NCBI GenBank assembly: GCA_964016885.1 | Contig: OZ024743.1 | Location: 129,270,001 to 129,334,000, forward strand | Reading direction: 5' to 3' | DNA length: 64,000 nt | DNA from: Eledone cirrhosa | Lineage: Eukaryota | In this document: piece after piece, positions 1-11,935 of the stretch | How positions within the stretch are numbered: position 1 is the stretch's first letter | Layout: every line of letters begins with the position of its first letter | Position numbers and translations under genes: made by a program | Notes under the pieces: generated by a model | Databases searched by the model: none | What the model was told of the DNA's origin: nothing | Seen by the model: only the letters and a program-made list of their open reading frames with translations

Positions 1-241
1 ACCAGGCACCAAACGCCAAGCACCAAGCACCAAACACCAAGCACCAAGCACCAAACACCAAACGCCAAACACCAAACACCAAGAACCAAGAACCAAACAC
101 CAATCACCAAGCACCAAGTACAAACACCAAGCACGAAGCACCAAACACCAAGAACCAAGCACCAAGCACCAAGTACAAACACCAAGCACCAAGCACCAAA
201 CACCAAGCACCTAGCACCAAACACCAAACACCAAGCACCAA

Positions 242-1360
242 TCACCAAGCACCAAACACCAAGCAGCCAGCAGCAAGCACCAAACACCAAGCACCAAGCA
301 CCAAAAACCAGACACCAAGCACCAAGCACCAAACACCTAACACCAAGCACCAAGCACCAAATACCAAGCACCAAACACCAAGCACCAAACACCAAACACC
401 AAGCACCAAGCACCAAGCACCAAGCACCAAACACCAAGCACCAAACACCAAGCACCAAACACCAAGCACCAAGCACCAAACACCAAGCACCAAGCACCAA
501 ACACCAAGCACCAAGCACCAAGCATCAAACACCAAGCACCAAACACCAAACACCAAGCACCAAGCACCAAGCATCAAACACCAAGCATATAACACCAAAC
601 ACCAAGCACCAAGCACCCAGCACCAAACACCAAGCACCAAGCACCAAGCAAAAAGCACCAAACACCAAGCACCAAACACCAAACACCAAGCACCTAACAC
701 CAAATACCAAGCACCAAGCACCAAACACGTAACACCAAGCACCAAACACCAAGCACCAAACACCAACCACCAAACACCAAGCACCAATCACCAAGCACCA
801 AGCACCAAACACCAAGCACCAAACACCAAGCACCAAACACCTAACACCAAGCACCAAGCACCAAGTACCAAGCACCAAACACCAAGCACCAAACACCAAA
901 CACCAAGCACCAAACACCAAACACCAAGCACCAAGCACCAAACACCTAACACCAACCACCAAACACCAACCACCAAACACCAAGCACCAAGGACCAAGCA
1001 CCAAGCACCAAGCACCAAATACCAAGCACCAAACACCAAGCACCAAGCACCAAGCACCAAGTACAAACACCAAGCACCAAGCACCAAACACCAAGCACCA
1101 AGCATCAAACACCAAACACCAAACACCAAGCACCAAGCACCAAGCATCAAACACCAAGCATATAACAAAAAACACCAAGCACCAAGCACCAAACACCAAG
1201 AACCAAGCACCAAGCACCAAGTAGAAACACCAATGACCAAGCACCAAACACCAAACACCAAGCACCAAACACCAAGCACCAAGCACCAAGCATCAAACAC
1301 CAAACACCAAGCACCAAGCATCAAACACCAAACACCAAGCACCAAACACCAAGCACAAAT
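242..1360. repeat. Recurrent ~1.12 kb higher-order module (representative copy)
   Basis: Marker order CACCAAT..CAGCCAG CAGCAAG..AACCAGA..CACCTAA..CATCAAA x2 CATATAA..CAAAAAG..CACGTAA..TACCAAG..GACCAAG..TACAAA..CATATAA..TAGAAA. CAGCCAG landmark spacing is 264-1382 (1118), 54538-55656 (1118), 41537-42662 (1125) and 44808-45940 (1132). Further copies start near 7762, 9900, 12177, 46666 and 49902. Confidence 0.88.
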
Positions 1361-4300
1361 CACCATGCATCAAACACCAAACAGCCAGCAGCAAGCACCA
1401 AACACCAAACACCAAACACCAAGCACCAAAAACCAAACACCAAACACGAAGCACCAAGCACCAAGTACCAAGCACCAAACACCAAGCACCAAACACCAAG
1501 CACCAAACACCAAGCACCAAACACCAAACACCAAGCACCAAACACCTAACACCAAACACCAAGCACCAAACACCAAGCACCAAACACCAAACACCAAGCA
1601 CCAAGCACCAAACACCTAACACCAAGCACCAAACACCAAGCACTAAGCACCAAGCACCAAGCACCAAACACCAAGCACCAAACACCAAGCACCAAACACC
1701 AAGCACCAAGCACCAAACACCAAGCACCAAGCTACAAACACCAAGAACCAAGCACCAAGCACCAAGTACAAACACCAAGCACCAAGCACCAAACACCAAG
1801 CACCAAGCACCAAGCATCAAACACCAAGCACCAAACACCAAGCACCAAGCACCAAGCATCAAACACCAAGCATATAACACCAAACACCAAACACCAGGCA
1901 CCAAACACCAAGAACCAAGCACCAAGCACCAAGTACAAACACCAAGCACCAAGCACCAAACACCAAGCACCAAGCACCAAGCATCAAACACCAAGCGCCA
2001 AACACCAAGCACTAAGCACCAAGCATCAAACACCAAGCATATAACACCAAACACCAAACACCAAGCACCAAACACCAAACACCAAGCACCAAGCACCAAA
2101 CACCTAACACCAAGCACCAAACACCAAGCACCAAACACCAAGCACCAAGCACCAAGCACCAAACACCAAGCACCAAACACCAAGCACCAAACACCAAGCA
2201 CCAAGCACCAAACACCAAGCACGAAGCACCAAACACCAAGAACCAAGCACCAAGCACCAAGTACAAACACCAAGCACCAAGCACCAAACACCAAGCACCT
2301 AGCACCAAACACCAAACACCAAGCACCAATCACCAAGCACCAAACACCAAGCAGCCAGCAGCAAGCACCAAACACCAAGAACCAAGCACCAAAAACCAGA
2401 CACCAAGCACCAAGCACCAAACACCTATCACCAAGCACCAAGCACCAAGTACCAAGCACCAAACACCAAGCACCAAACACCAAACACCAAGCACCAAGCA
2501 CCAAGCACCAAGCACCAAACACCAAGCACCAAACACCAAGCACCAAACACCAAGCACCAAGCACCAAACACCAAGCACCAAGCACCAAACACCAAGCACC
2601 AAGCACCAAGCATCAAACACCAAGCACCAAACACCAAACACCAAACACCAAACACCAAGCACCAAGCACCAAACACCTGACACCAACCACCAAACACCAA
2701 CCACCAAACACCAAGCACCAAGGACCAAGCACCAAGCACCAAGCACCAAATACCAAGCACCAAACACCAAGCACCAAGCACCAAGCACCAAGTACAAACA
2801 CCAAGCACCAAGCACCAAACACCAAGCACCAAGCATCAAACACCAAACACCAAACACCAAGCACCAAGCACCAAGCATCAAACACCAAGCATATAACACC
2901 AAACACCAAGCACCAAGCACCAAACACCAAGAACCAAGCACCAAGCACCAAGTAGAAACACCAATGACCAAGCACCAAACACCAAACACCAAGCACCAAA
3001 CACCAAGCACCATGCACCAAGCATCAAACACCAAACACCAAGCACCAAGCACCAAACACCAAGCACAAATCACCATGCATCAAACACCAAGCAGCCAGCA
3101 GCAAGCACCAAACACCAAACACCAAACACCAAGCACCAAAAACCAAACACCAAGCACCAAGCACCAAACACCAAGCACCAAACACCAAACACCAAGCACC
3201 AAGCACCAAGCACCAAACACAAAGCACCAAACACCAAGCACCAAGCACCAAACACCAAGCACCCAGCACCAAAAACCAAGCACCCAGCACCAAACACCAA
3301 GCACCAAACACCAACCACCAACCACCAAGCACCAAACACCTAACACCAAGCACCAAGCACCAACCACCAAACACCAAGCACCAAGCACCAAGCACCAAGC
3401 ACCAAACACCAAGCACCAAACACCAAGCACCAAACACCAAGCACCAAGCACCAAGCACCAAACACCAAGCACCAAGCACCAATCATCAAACACCAAACAC
3501 CAAGCACCAAACACCAAGCACCAATCACCATGCATCAAACACCAAGCAGCCAGCAGCAAGCACCAAACACCAAACACCAAGCACCAAGCACCAAAAACCA
3601 AACACCAAGCACCAAGCACCAAACACCAAGCACCAAGCACCAAACACCAAGCACCAAGCACCAAACACCAAGCACCAAAGACCAAGCACCAAGCACCAAA
3701 TACCAAGCACCCAGCACCAAACACCAAGCACCCAGCACCAAACACCAAGCACCAAACACCAACCACCCAGCACCAAGCACCAAACACCAAGCACCAAGTA
3801 CCAAACACAAAACACCAAGCACCAAGCACCAAGCACCAAACACCAAACACCAAACACCAAGCACCAAACACCAAACACCAAGCACCAGACACCAAGCACC
3901 AAACACCAAACACCAAACACCAAGCACCAAACACCAAACACCAAGCACCAGACACCAAGCACCAAACACCAAACACCAAACACCAAGCACCAAGCACCAA
4001 ACACCAAACACCAAACACCAAGCACCAAACACCAAACACCAAGCACCAAAAACCAAACACCAAGCACCAGACACCAAGCACCAAACACCAAACACCAAGC
4101 ACCAAACACCAAACACCAAGCACCAAGCACCAAACACCAAACACCAAGCACCAAGCACCAAACACCAAGCACCAAAGACCAAACACCAAACAGCAAACAC
4201 CAAACACCATACAGCAAACACTAAACACCAAAAAGCAGACACCAAACAGCAAACACCAAAAAGCAGACACCAAACAGCAAACACCAAACACGAAACACCA

Positions 4301-5234
4301 AACACCAAACAGCAAACACCAAACACCAAGCACCAAACACCAAGGACCAAGCACCAAACACCTAACACCAAGCACCAAGCACCAAGCACCAAACACCAAG
4401 CACCAAACACCAAACATCAAGCACCAAGCACCAAGTACCAAACACCAAGAACCAAGAACCAAACACCAAGCACCAAGCACCAAGTACAAACATCCAGTAC
4501 CAAGCACCAAGCACCAAGCACCAAGAACCAAGCACCAAACACAAAACACCAAGCACCAAGCACCAAGCATCAAACACCAAGCAGCAAACACCAAACACCA
4601 AGCACCAAGCACCAAACACAAAGCACCCAGCACCAAACACCAAGGACCAAGCACCAAGCACCAAAAACCAAACACCAAACACAAAACACAAAGCACCAAG
4701 CACCAAACACCAAACTCCAAGCACCAAGCACCAAGCACCAAACACCAAACACCAAGCACCAAGCACCAGGCACCAAACACCAAGCACCAAGCACCAAACA
4801 CCAAGCACCAAGCACCAAACACCAAACGCCAAACACCGAACACCAAGAACCAAGAACCAAACACCAATCACCAAGCACCAAGTACAAACACCAAGCACCA
4901 AGCACCAAGCACCAAACACCAAGCACCAAGCACCAAGCGCAAAACACCAAGCACCAAGCACCAAGCATCAAACACCAAGCAGCAAACACCAAACACCAAG
5001 CACCAAGCACCAAGCGCCAAGCACCAAACACAATGCACCCAGCACCAAACACCAAGGACCAAGCACCAAGCACCAAGCACCAAAAACCAAACACGAAACA
5101 CGAAACACCAAGCACCAAGCACCAAACACCAAACTCCAAGCACCAAGCACCAAACACCAAACACCAAGCACCATGCACCAAGCACCAGGCACTAAACACC
5201 AAGCACCAAGCACCAAACACCAAGCACCAAGCAC

Positions 5235-5380
5235 CAAACACCAAACACCAAACACCAAACAGCAAACAACATACATCAAACACCAAACACCAAAAAGCAA
5301 ATACCAAACACCAAACAGCAAACACCAAACAACAAACACCAAACAACAAACACCAAACAGCAAACAGCAAACACCAAACA
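5235..5380. repeat. A-locked subdomain (CACCAAA/CAGCAAA/CAACAAA units), representative of ~25 dispersed copies
   Basis: About 20 consecutive units all end in A, with CAGCAAA, CAACATA, AAGCAAA and CAACAAA variants. It recurs near 4.2, 6.3, 9.2, 11.4, 16.2, 17.2, 19.0, 21.6, 24.0, 26.3, 38.0, 39.0, 40.3, 42.8, 43.8, 47.9, 48.9, 51.5, 53.0, 56.8, 57.8 and 62.7 kb. Confidence 0.88.
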
Positions 5381-7254
5381 CCAAGCACCAAGCACCAAAC
5401 ACCAAACACCAAACACCAAGCACCAGGCACCAAACACCAAGCACCAAGCACCAAACACCAAGCACCTAGCACCAAACACCAAGCACCAAACACCAAGCAC
5501 CAAACACCAAACACCAAGCACCAAACACCAAGCACCAATCACCAAGCACCAAACACCAAGCAGCCAGCAACAAGCACCAAACACCAAGCACCAAGCACCA
5601 AAAACCAGACACCAAGCACCAAGCACCAAACACCTAACACCAAGCACCAAGCACCAACCACCAAACACCAAGCACCAAGCACCAAACACCAAGCACCAAA
5701 CACCAAGCACCAAGCACCAAACACCAAGCACCAAGCACCAAACACCAAGCACCAAGCACCAAGCATCAAACACCAAGCACCAAACACCAAACACCAAGCA
5801 CCAAGCACCAAGCATCAAACACCAAGCATATAACACCAAACACCAAGCACCAAGCACCCAGCACCAAACACCAAGCACCAAGCACCAAGCAAAAAGCACC
5901 AAACACCAAGCACCAAACACCAAACACCAAGCACCAAACACCAAACACCAAGCACCAAACACCAAGCACCAAACACCAACCACCAAACACCAAGCACCAA
6001 GCACCAAGCACCAAGCACCAAACACAATGCACCCAGCACCAAACACCAAGGACCAAGCACCAAGCACCAAGCACCAAAAACCAAACACGAAACATGAAAC
6101 ACCAAGCACCAAGCACCAAACACCAAACTCCAAGCACCAAGCACCAAACACCAAACACCAAGCACCAAGCACCAAGCACCAGGCACCAAACACCAAGCAC
6201 CAAGCACCAAACACTAAGCAACAAGCACCAAACACCAAACACCAAACACCAAACACCAAACAACATACAGCAAACACCAAACACCAAAAAGCAAACACCA
6301 AACACCAAACAGCAAACACCAAACAACAAACACCAAACAACAAACACCAAACAGCAAACAGCAAACACCAAACACCAAGCACCAAGCACCAAACACTAAG
6401 CACTAAACACCAAGCACCAAGCACCAAACACCAAACACTAAGCACCAAGCACCAAACACTAAGCACCAAGCACCAAACACCAAGCACCAAGCACCAAACA
6501 CCAAGCACCAAGCACCAAGCACCAAACACCAAACACCAAGCACCAAAGACCAAGCACCAAGCACCAAACACCAAGCACCCAGCACCAAACACCAAGCACT
6601 AAACACCAACCACCCAGCACCAAGCACCAAACACCAAGCACCAAGCACCTAAAACCAAACACCAAACACCAAGCACCAAGCACCAAGCACCAAACACCAA
6701 GCACCTAGCACAAAACACCAAACACCAAGCACAAAACACCAGGCACCAATCACCAAGCATCAAACACCAAGCAGCCAGCAGCAAGCACCAAACACCAAAC
6801 ACCAAGCACCAAGCACCAAAAACCAAACACCAAGCACCAAGCACCAAACACCTAACACGAAGCACCAAGCACCAAGTACCAAGCACCAAACACCAAGCAC
6901 CAAACACCAAGCACCAAACACCAAGCACCAAACACCTAACACCAAGCACCAAACACCTAACACCAAACACCAAGCACCAAACACCAAGCACCAAACACCA
7001 AACACCAAGCACCAAGCACCAAACACCTAACACCAAGCACCAAACACCAAGCACTAAGCACCAAGCACCAAGCACCAAACACCAAGCACCAAACACCAAG
7101 CACCAAACACCAAGCACCAAGCACCAAACACCAAGCACCAAGCACCAAACTCCAAGAACCAAGCACCAAGCACCAAGTACAAACACCAAGCACCAAGCAC
7201 CAAACACCAAGCACCAAGCACCAAGCATCAAACACCAAGCACCAAACACCAAGC

Positions 7255-10200
7255 ACCAAGCACCAAGCATCAAACACCAAGCATATAACACCAAACACCA
7301 AACACCAAGCACCAAACACCAAACACCAGGCACCAAACACCAAACACCAAGCACCAAGCACCAAGCACCAAGTACAAACACCAAGCACCAAGCACCAAAC
7401 ACCAAGCACCAAGCATCAAACACCAAACACCAAACACCAAGCACCAAGCACCAAGCATCAAACACCAAGCATATAACACCAAACACCAAACACCAAGCAC
7501 CAAACACCAAACACCAAGCACCAAGCACCAAACACCTAACACCAAGCACCAAACACTAAGCACCAAACACCAAGCACCAAGCACCAAGCACCAAACACCA
7601 AGCACCAAACACCAAGCACCAAACACCAAGCACCAAGCACCAAACACCAAGCACGAAGCACCAAACACCAAGAACCAGGCACCAAGCACCAAGTACAAAC
7701 ACCAAGCACCAAGCACCAAACACCAAGCACCTAGCACCAAACACCAAACACCAAGCACCAATCACCAAGCACCAAACACCAAGCAGCCAGCAGCAAGCAC
7801 CAAACACCAAGCACCAAGCACCAAAAACCAGACACCAAGCACCAAGCACCAAACACCTAACACCAAGCACCAAGCACCAAGTACCAAGCACCAAACACCA
7901 AGCACCAAACACCAAACACCAAGCACCAAGCACCAAGCACCAAGCACCAAACACCAAGCACCAAACACCAAGCACCAAACACCAAGCACCAAGCACCAAA
8001 CACCAAGCACCAAGCACCAAACACCAAGCACCAAGCACCAAGCATCAAACACCAAGCACCAAACACCAAACACCAAGCACCAAGCACCAAGCATCAAACA
8101 CCAAGCATATAACACCAAACACCAAGCACCAAGCACACAGCACCAAACACCAAGCACCAAGCACCAAGCAAAAAGCACCAAACACCAAGCACCAAACACC
8201 AAACACCAAGCACCAAACACCAAACACCAAGCACCAAGCACCAAACACGTAACACCAAGCACCAAACACCAAGCACCAAACACCAACCACCAAACACCAA
8301 GCACCAAGCACCAAGCACCAAGCACCAAACACCAAGCACCACACACCAAGCACCAAACACCTAACACCAAGCACCAAGCACCAAGTACCAAGCACCAAAC
8401 ACCAAGCACCAAACACCAAACACCAAGCACCAAACACCAAACACCAAGCACCAAGCACCAAACACCTAACACCAACCACCAAACACCAACCACCAAACAC
8501 CAAGCACCAAGGACCAAGCACCAAGCACCAAGCACCAAATACCAAGCACCAAACACCAAGCACCAAGCACCAAGCACCAAGTACAAACACCAAGCACCAA
8601 GCACCAAACACCAAGCACCAAGCATCAAACACCAAACACCAAACACCAAGCACCAAGCACCAAGCATCAAACACCAAGCATATAACACCAAACACCAAGC
8701 ACCAAGCACCAAACACCAAGAACCAAGCACCAAGCACCAAGTAGAAACACCAATGACCAAGCACCAAACACCAAACACCAAGCACCAAAGACCAAGCACC
8801 AAGCACCAAATACCAAGCACCCAGCACCAAACACCAAGCACCCAGCACCAAAAACCAAGCACCAAATACCAACCACCCAGCACCAAGCACCAAACACCAA
8901 GCACCAAGCACCAAACACCAAGCACCAAACACCAAACACCAAGCACCAGACACCAAGCACCAAACACCAAACACCAAACACCAAGCACCAAGCACCAAAC
9001 ACCAAACACCAAACACCAAGCACCAAACACCAAACACCAAGCACGAAAAACCAAACACCAAGCACCAGACACCAAGCACCAAACACCAAACACCAAGCAC
9101 CAAACACCAAACACCAAGCACCAAGCACCAAACACCAAACACCAAGCACCAAGCACCAAACACCAAGCACCAAAGACCAAACACCAAACAGCAAACACCA
9201 AACACCATACAGCAAACACTAAACACCAAAAAGCAGACACCAAACAGCAAACACCAAACACGAAACACCAAACACCAAACAGCAAACACCAAACACCAAG
9301 CACCAAACACCAAGGACCAAGCACCAAACACCTAACACCAAGCACCAAGCACCAAGCACCAAACACCAAGCACCAAACACCAAACATCAAGCACCAAGCA
9401 CCAAGCATCAAACACCAAGCATATAACACCAAACACCAAACACCAAGCACCAAACACCAAACACCAGGCACCAAACACCAAGAACCAAGCACCAAGCACC
9501 AAGTACAAACACCAAGCACCAAGCACCAAACACCAAGCACCAAGCACCAAGCATCAAACACCAAGCGCCAAACACCAAGCAGCAAGCACCAAGCATCAAA
9601 CACCAAGCATATAACACCAAACACCAAACACCAAGGACCAAACACCAAACACCAAGCACCAAGCACCAAACACCTAACACCAAGCACCAAACACTAAGCA
9701 CCAAACACCAAGCACCAAGCACCAAGCACCAAACACCAAGCACCAAACACCAAGCACCAAACACCAAGCACCAAGCACCAAACACCAAGCACGAAGCACC
9801 AAACACCAAGAACCAAGCACCAAGCACCAAGTACAAACACCAAGCACCAAGCACCAAACACCAAGCACCTAGCACCAAACACCAAACACCAAGCACCAAT
9901 CACCAAGCACCAAACACCAAGCAGCCAGCAGCAAGCACCAAACACCAAGCACCAAGCACCAAAAACCAGACACCAAGCACCAAGCACCAAACACCTAACA
10001 CCAAGCACCAAGCACCAAGTACCAAGCACCAAACACCAAGCACCAAACACCAAATACCAAGCACCAAGCACCAAGCACCAAGCACCAAACACCAAGCACC
10101 AAACACCAAGCACCAAACACCAAGCACCAAGCACCAAACACCAAGCACCAAGCACCAAACACCAAGCACCAAGCACCAAGCATCAAACACCAAGCACCAA

Positions 10201-11470
10201 ACACCAAACACCAAGCACCAAGCACCAAGCATCAAACACCAAGCATATAACACCAAACACCAAGCACCAAGCACACAGCACCAAACACCAAGCACCAAGC
10301 ACCAAGCAAAAAGCACCAAACACCAAGCACCAAACACCAAACACCAAGCACCAAACACCAAACACCAAGCACCAAGCACCAAACACGTAACACCAAGCAC
10401 CAAACACCAAGCACCAAACACCAACCACCAAACACCAAGCACCAAGCACCAAGCACCAAGCACCAAACACCAAGCACCAAACACCAAGCACCAAACACCT
10501 AACACCAAGCACCAAGCACCAAGTACCAAGCACCAAACACCAAGCACCAAACACCAAACACCAAGCACCAAACACCAAACACGAAGCACCAAGCACCAAA
10601 CACCTAACACCAACCACCAAACACCAACCACCAAACACCAAGCACCAAGGACCAAGCACCAAGCACCAAGCACCAAATACCAAGCACCAAACACCAAGCA
10701 CCAAGCACCAAGCACCAAGTACAAACACCAAGCACCAAGCACCAAACACCAAGCACCAAGCATCAAACACCAAACACCAAACACCAAGCACCAAGCACCA
10801 AGCATCAAACACCAAGCATATAACACCAAACACCAAGCACCAAGCACCAAACACCAAGAACCAAGCACCAAGCACCAAGTAGAAACACCAATGACCAAGC
10901 ACCAAACACCAAACACCAAGCACCAAAGACCAAGCACCAAGCACCAAATACCAGGCACCCAGCACCAAACACCAAGCACCCAGCACCAAAAACCAAGCAC
11001 CAAATACCAACCACCCAGCACCAAGCACCAAACACCAAGCACCAAGCACCAAACACCAAGCACCAAACACCAAACACCAAGCACCAGACACCAAGCACCA
11101 AACACCAAACACCAAACACCAAGCACCAAGCACCAAACACCAAACACCAAACACCAAGCACCAAACACCAAACACCAAGCACCAAAAACCAAACACCAAG
11201 CACCAGACACCAAGCACCAAACACCAAACACCAAGCACCAAACACCAAACACCAAGCACCAAGCAGCAAACACCAAACACCAAGCACCAAGCACCAAACA
11301 CCAAGCACCAAAGACCAAACACCAAACAGCAAACACCAAACACCATACAGCAAACACTAAACACCAAAAAGCAGACACCAAACAGCAAACACCAAACACG
11401 AAACACCAAACACCAAACAGCAAACACCAAACACCAAGCACCAAACACCAAGGACCAAGCACCAAACACC
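7255..11470. repeat. Tandem duplication, period 2,138 bp
   Basis: ORFs 7556..8041/9694..10179, 7857..8090/9995..10228, 8667..9215/10805..11353 and starts 8753/10891 all differ by 2138. CATATAA occurs at 7282/9420 and 7470/9608. Confidence 0.92.
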
Positions 11471-11935
11471 AAGCACCAAACACCAAACATCAAGCACCAA
11501 GCACCAAGTACCAAACACCAAGAACCAAGAACCAAACACCAAGCACCAAGCACCAAGCACCAAACACCAAGCACCAAACACCAAACATCAAGCACCAAGC
11601 ACCAAGTACCAAACACCAAGAACCAAGAACCAAACACCAAGCACCAAGCACCAAGTACAAACACCAAGTACCAAGCACCAAGCACCAAACACCAAGAACC
11701 AAGCACCAAACACAAAACACCAAGCACCAAGCACCAAGCATCAAACACCAAGCAGCAAACACCAAACACCAAGCACCAAGCACCAAACACAAAGCACCCA
11801 GCACCAAACACCAAGGACCAAGCACCAAGCACCAAAAACCAAACACCAAACACAAAACACAAAGCACCAAGCAACAAACACCAAACTCCAAGCACCAAGC
11901 ACCAAGCACCAAACACCAAACACCAAGCACCAAGC

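Larger units (their letters stand above)
1..6025. repeat. Higher-order duplication, copy 1 (copy 2 at 11936-17960, offset 11,935 bp)
   Basis: ACCAGGCACCAAACGCCAAG at position 1 recurs at 11936. ORFs 337..570, 525..1289, 1293..2609, 2964..5195, 3530..5833 and 5539..5811 all recur at +11,935. The match ends at 6026 (AATG) vs 17961 (CAAG). Confidence 0.95.

Noticed and set aside
3311-3330. Chi-like words on the minus strand (GTTGGTGG, GCTTGGTG)
   Set aside because: These are not the E. coli Chi sequence GCTGGTGG, the resemblance follows trivially from the TGGTG core, and there is no evidence of a bacterial context.
2964-5833. Long plus-strand ORFs (743 and 767 aa) resembling mucin-like or RNA polymerase II CTD-like heptad proteins
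   Set aside because: Two overlapping frames give the same repeat. Periodicity is 7 nt rather than codon-based, with no third-position bias, signal peptide or folded domain. The heptad does not match YSPTSPS.
1-11935. The 11,935-bp period being an exact multiple of 7 as evidence of selection for phase
   Set aside because: It results from containing 21 six-bp units, a 1-in-7 chance. Other periods (2138, 2602, 2434, 5151) are not multiples of 7.
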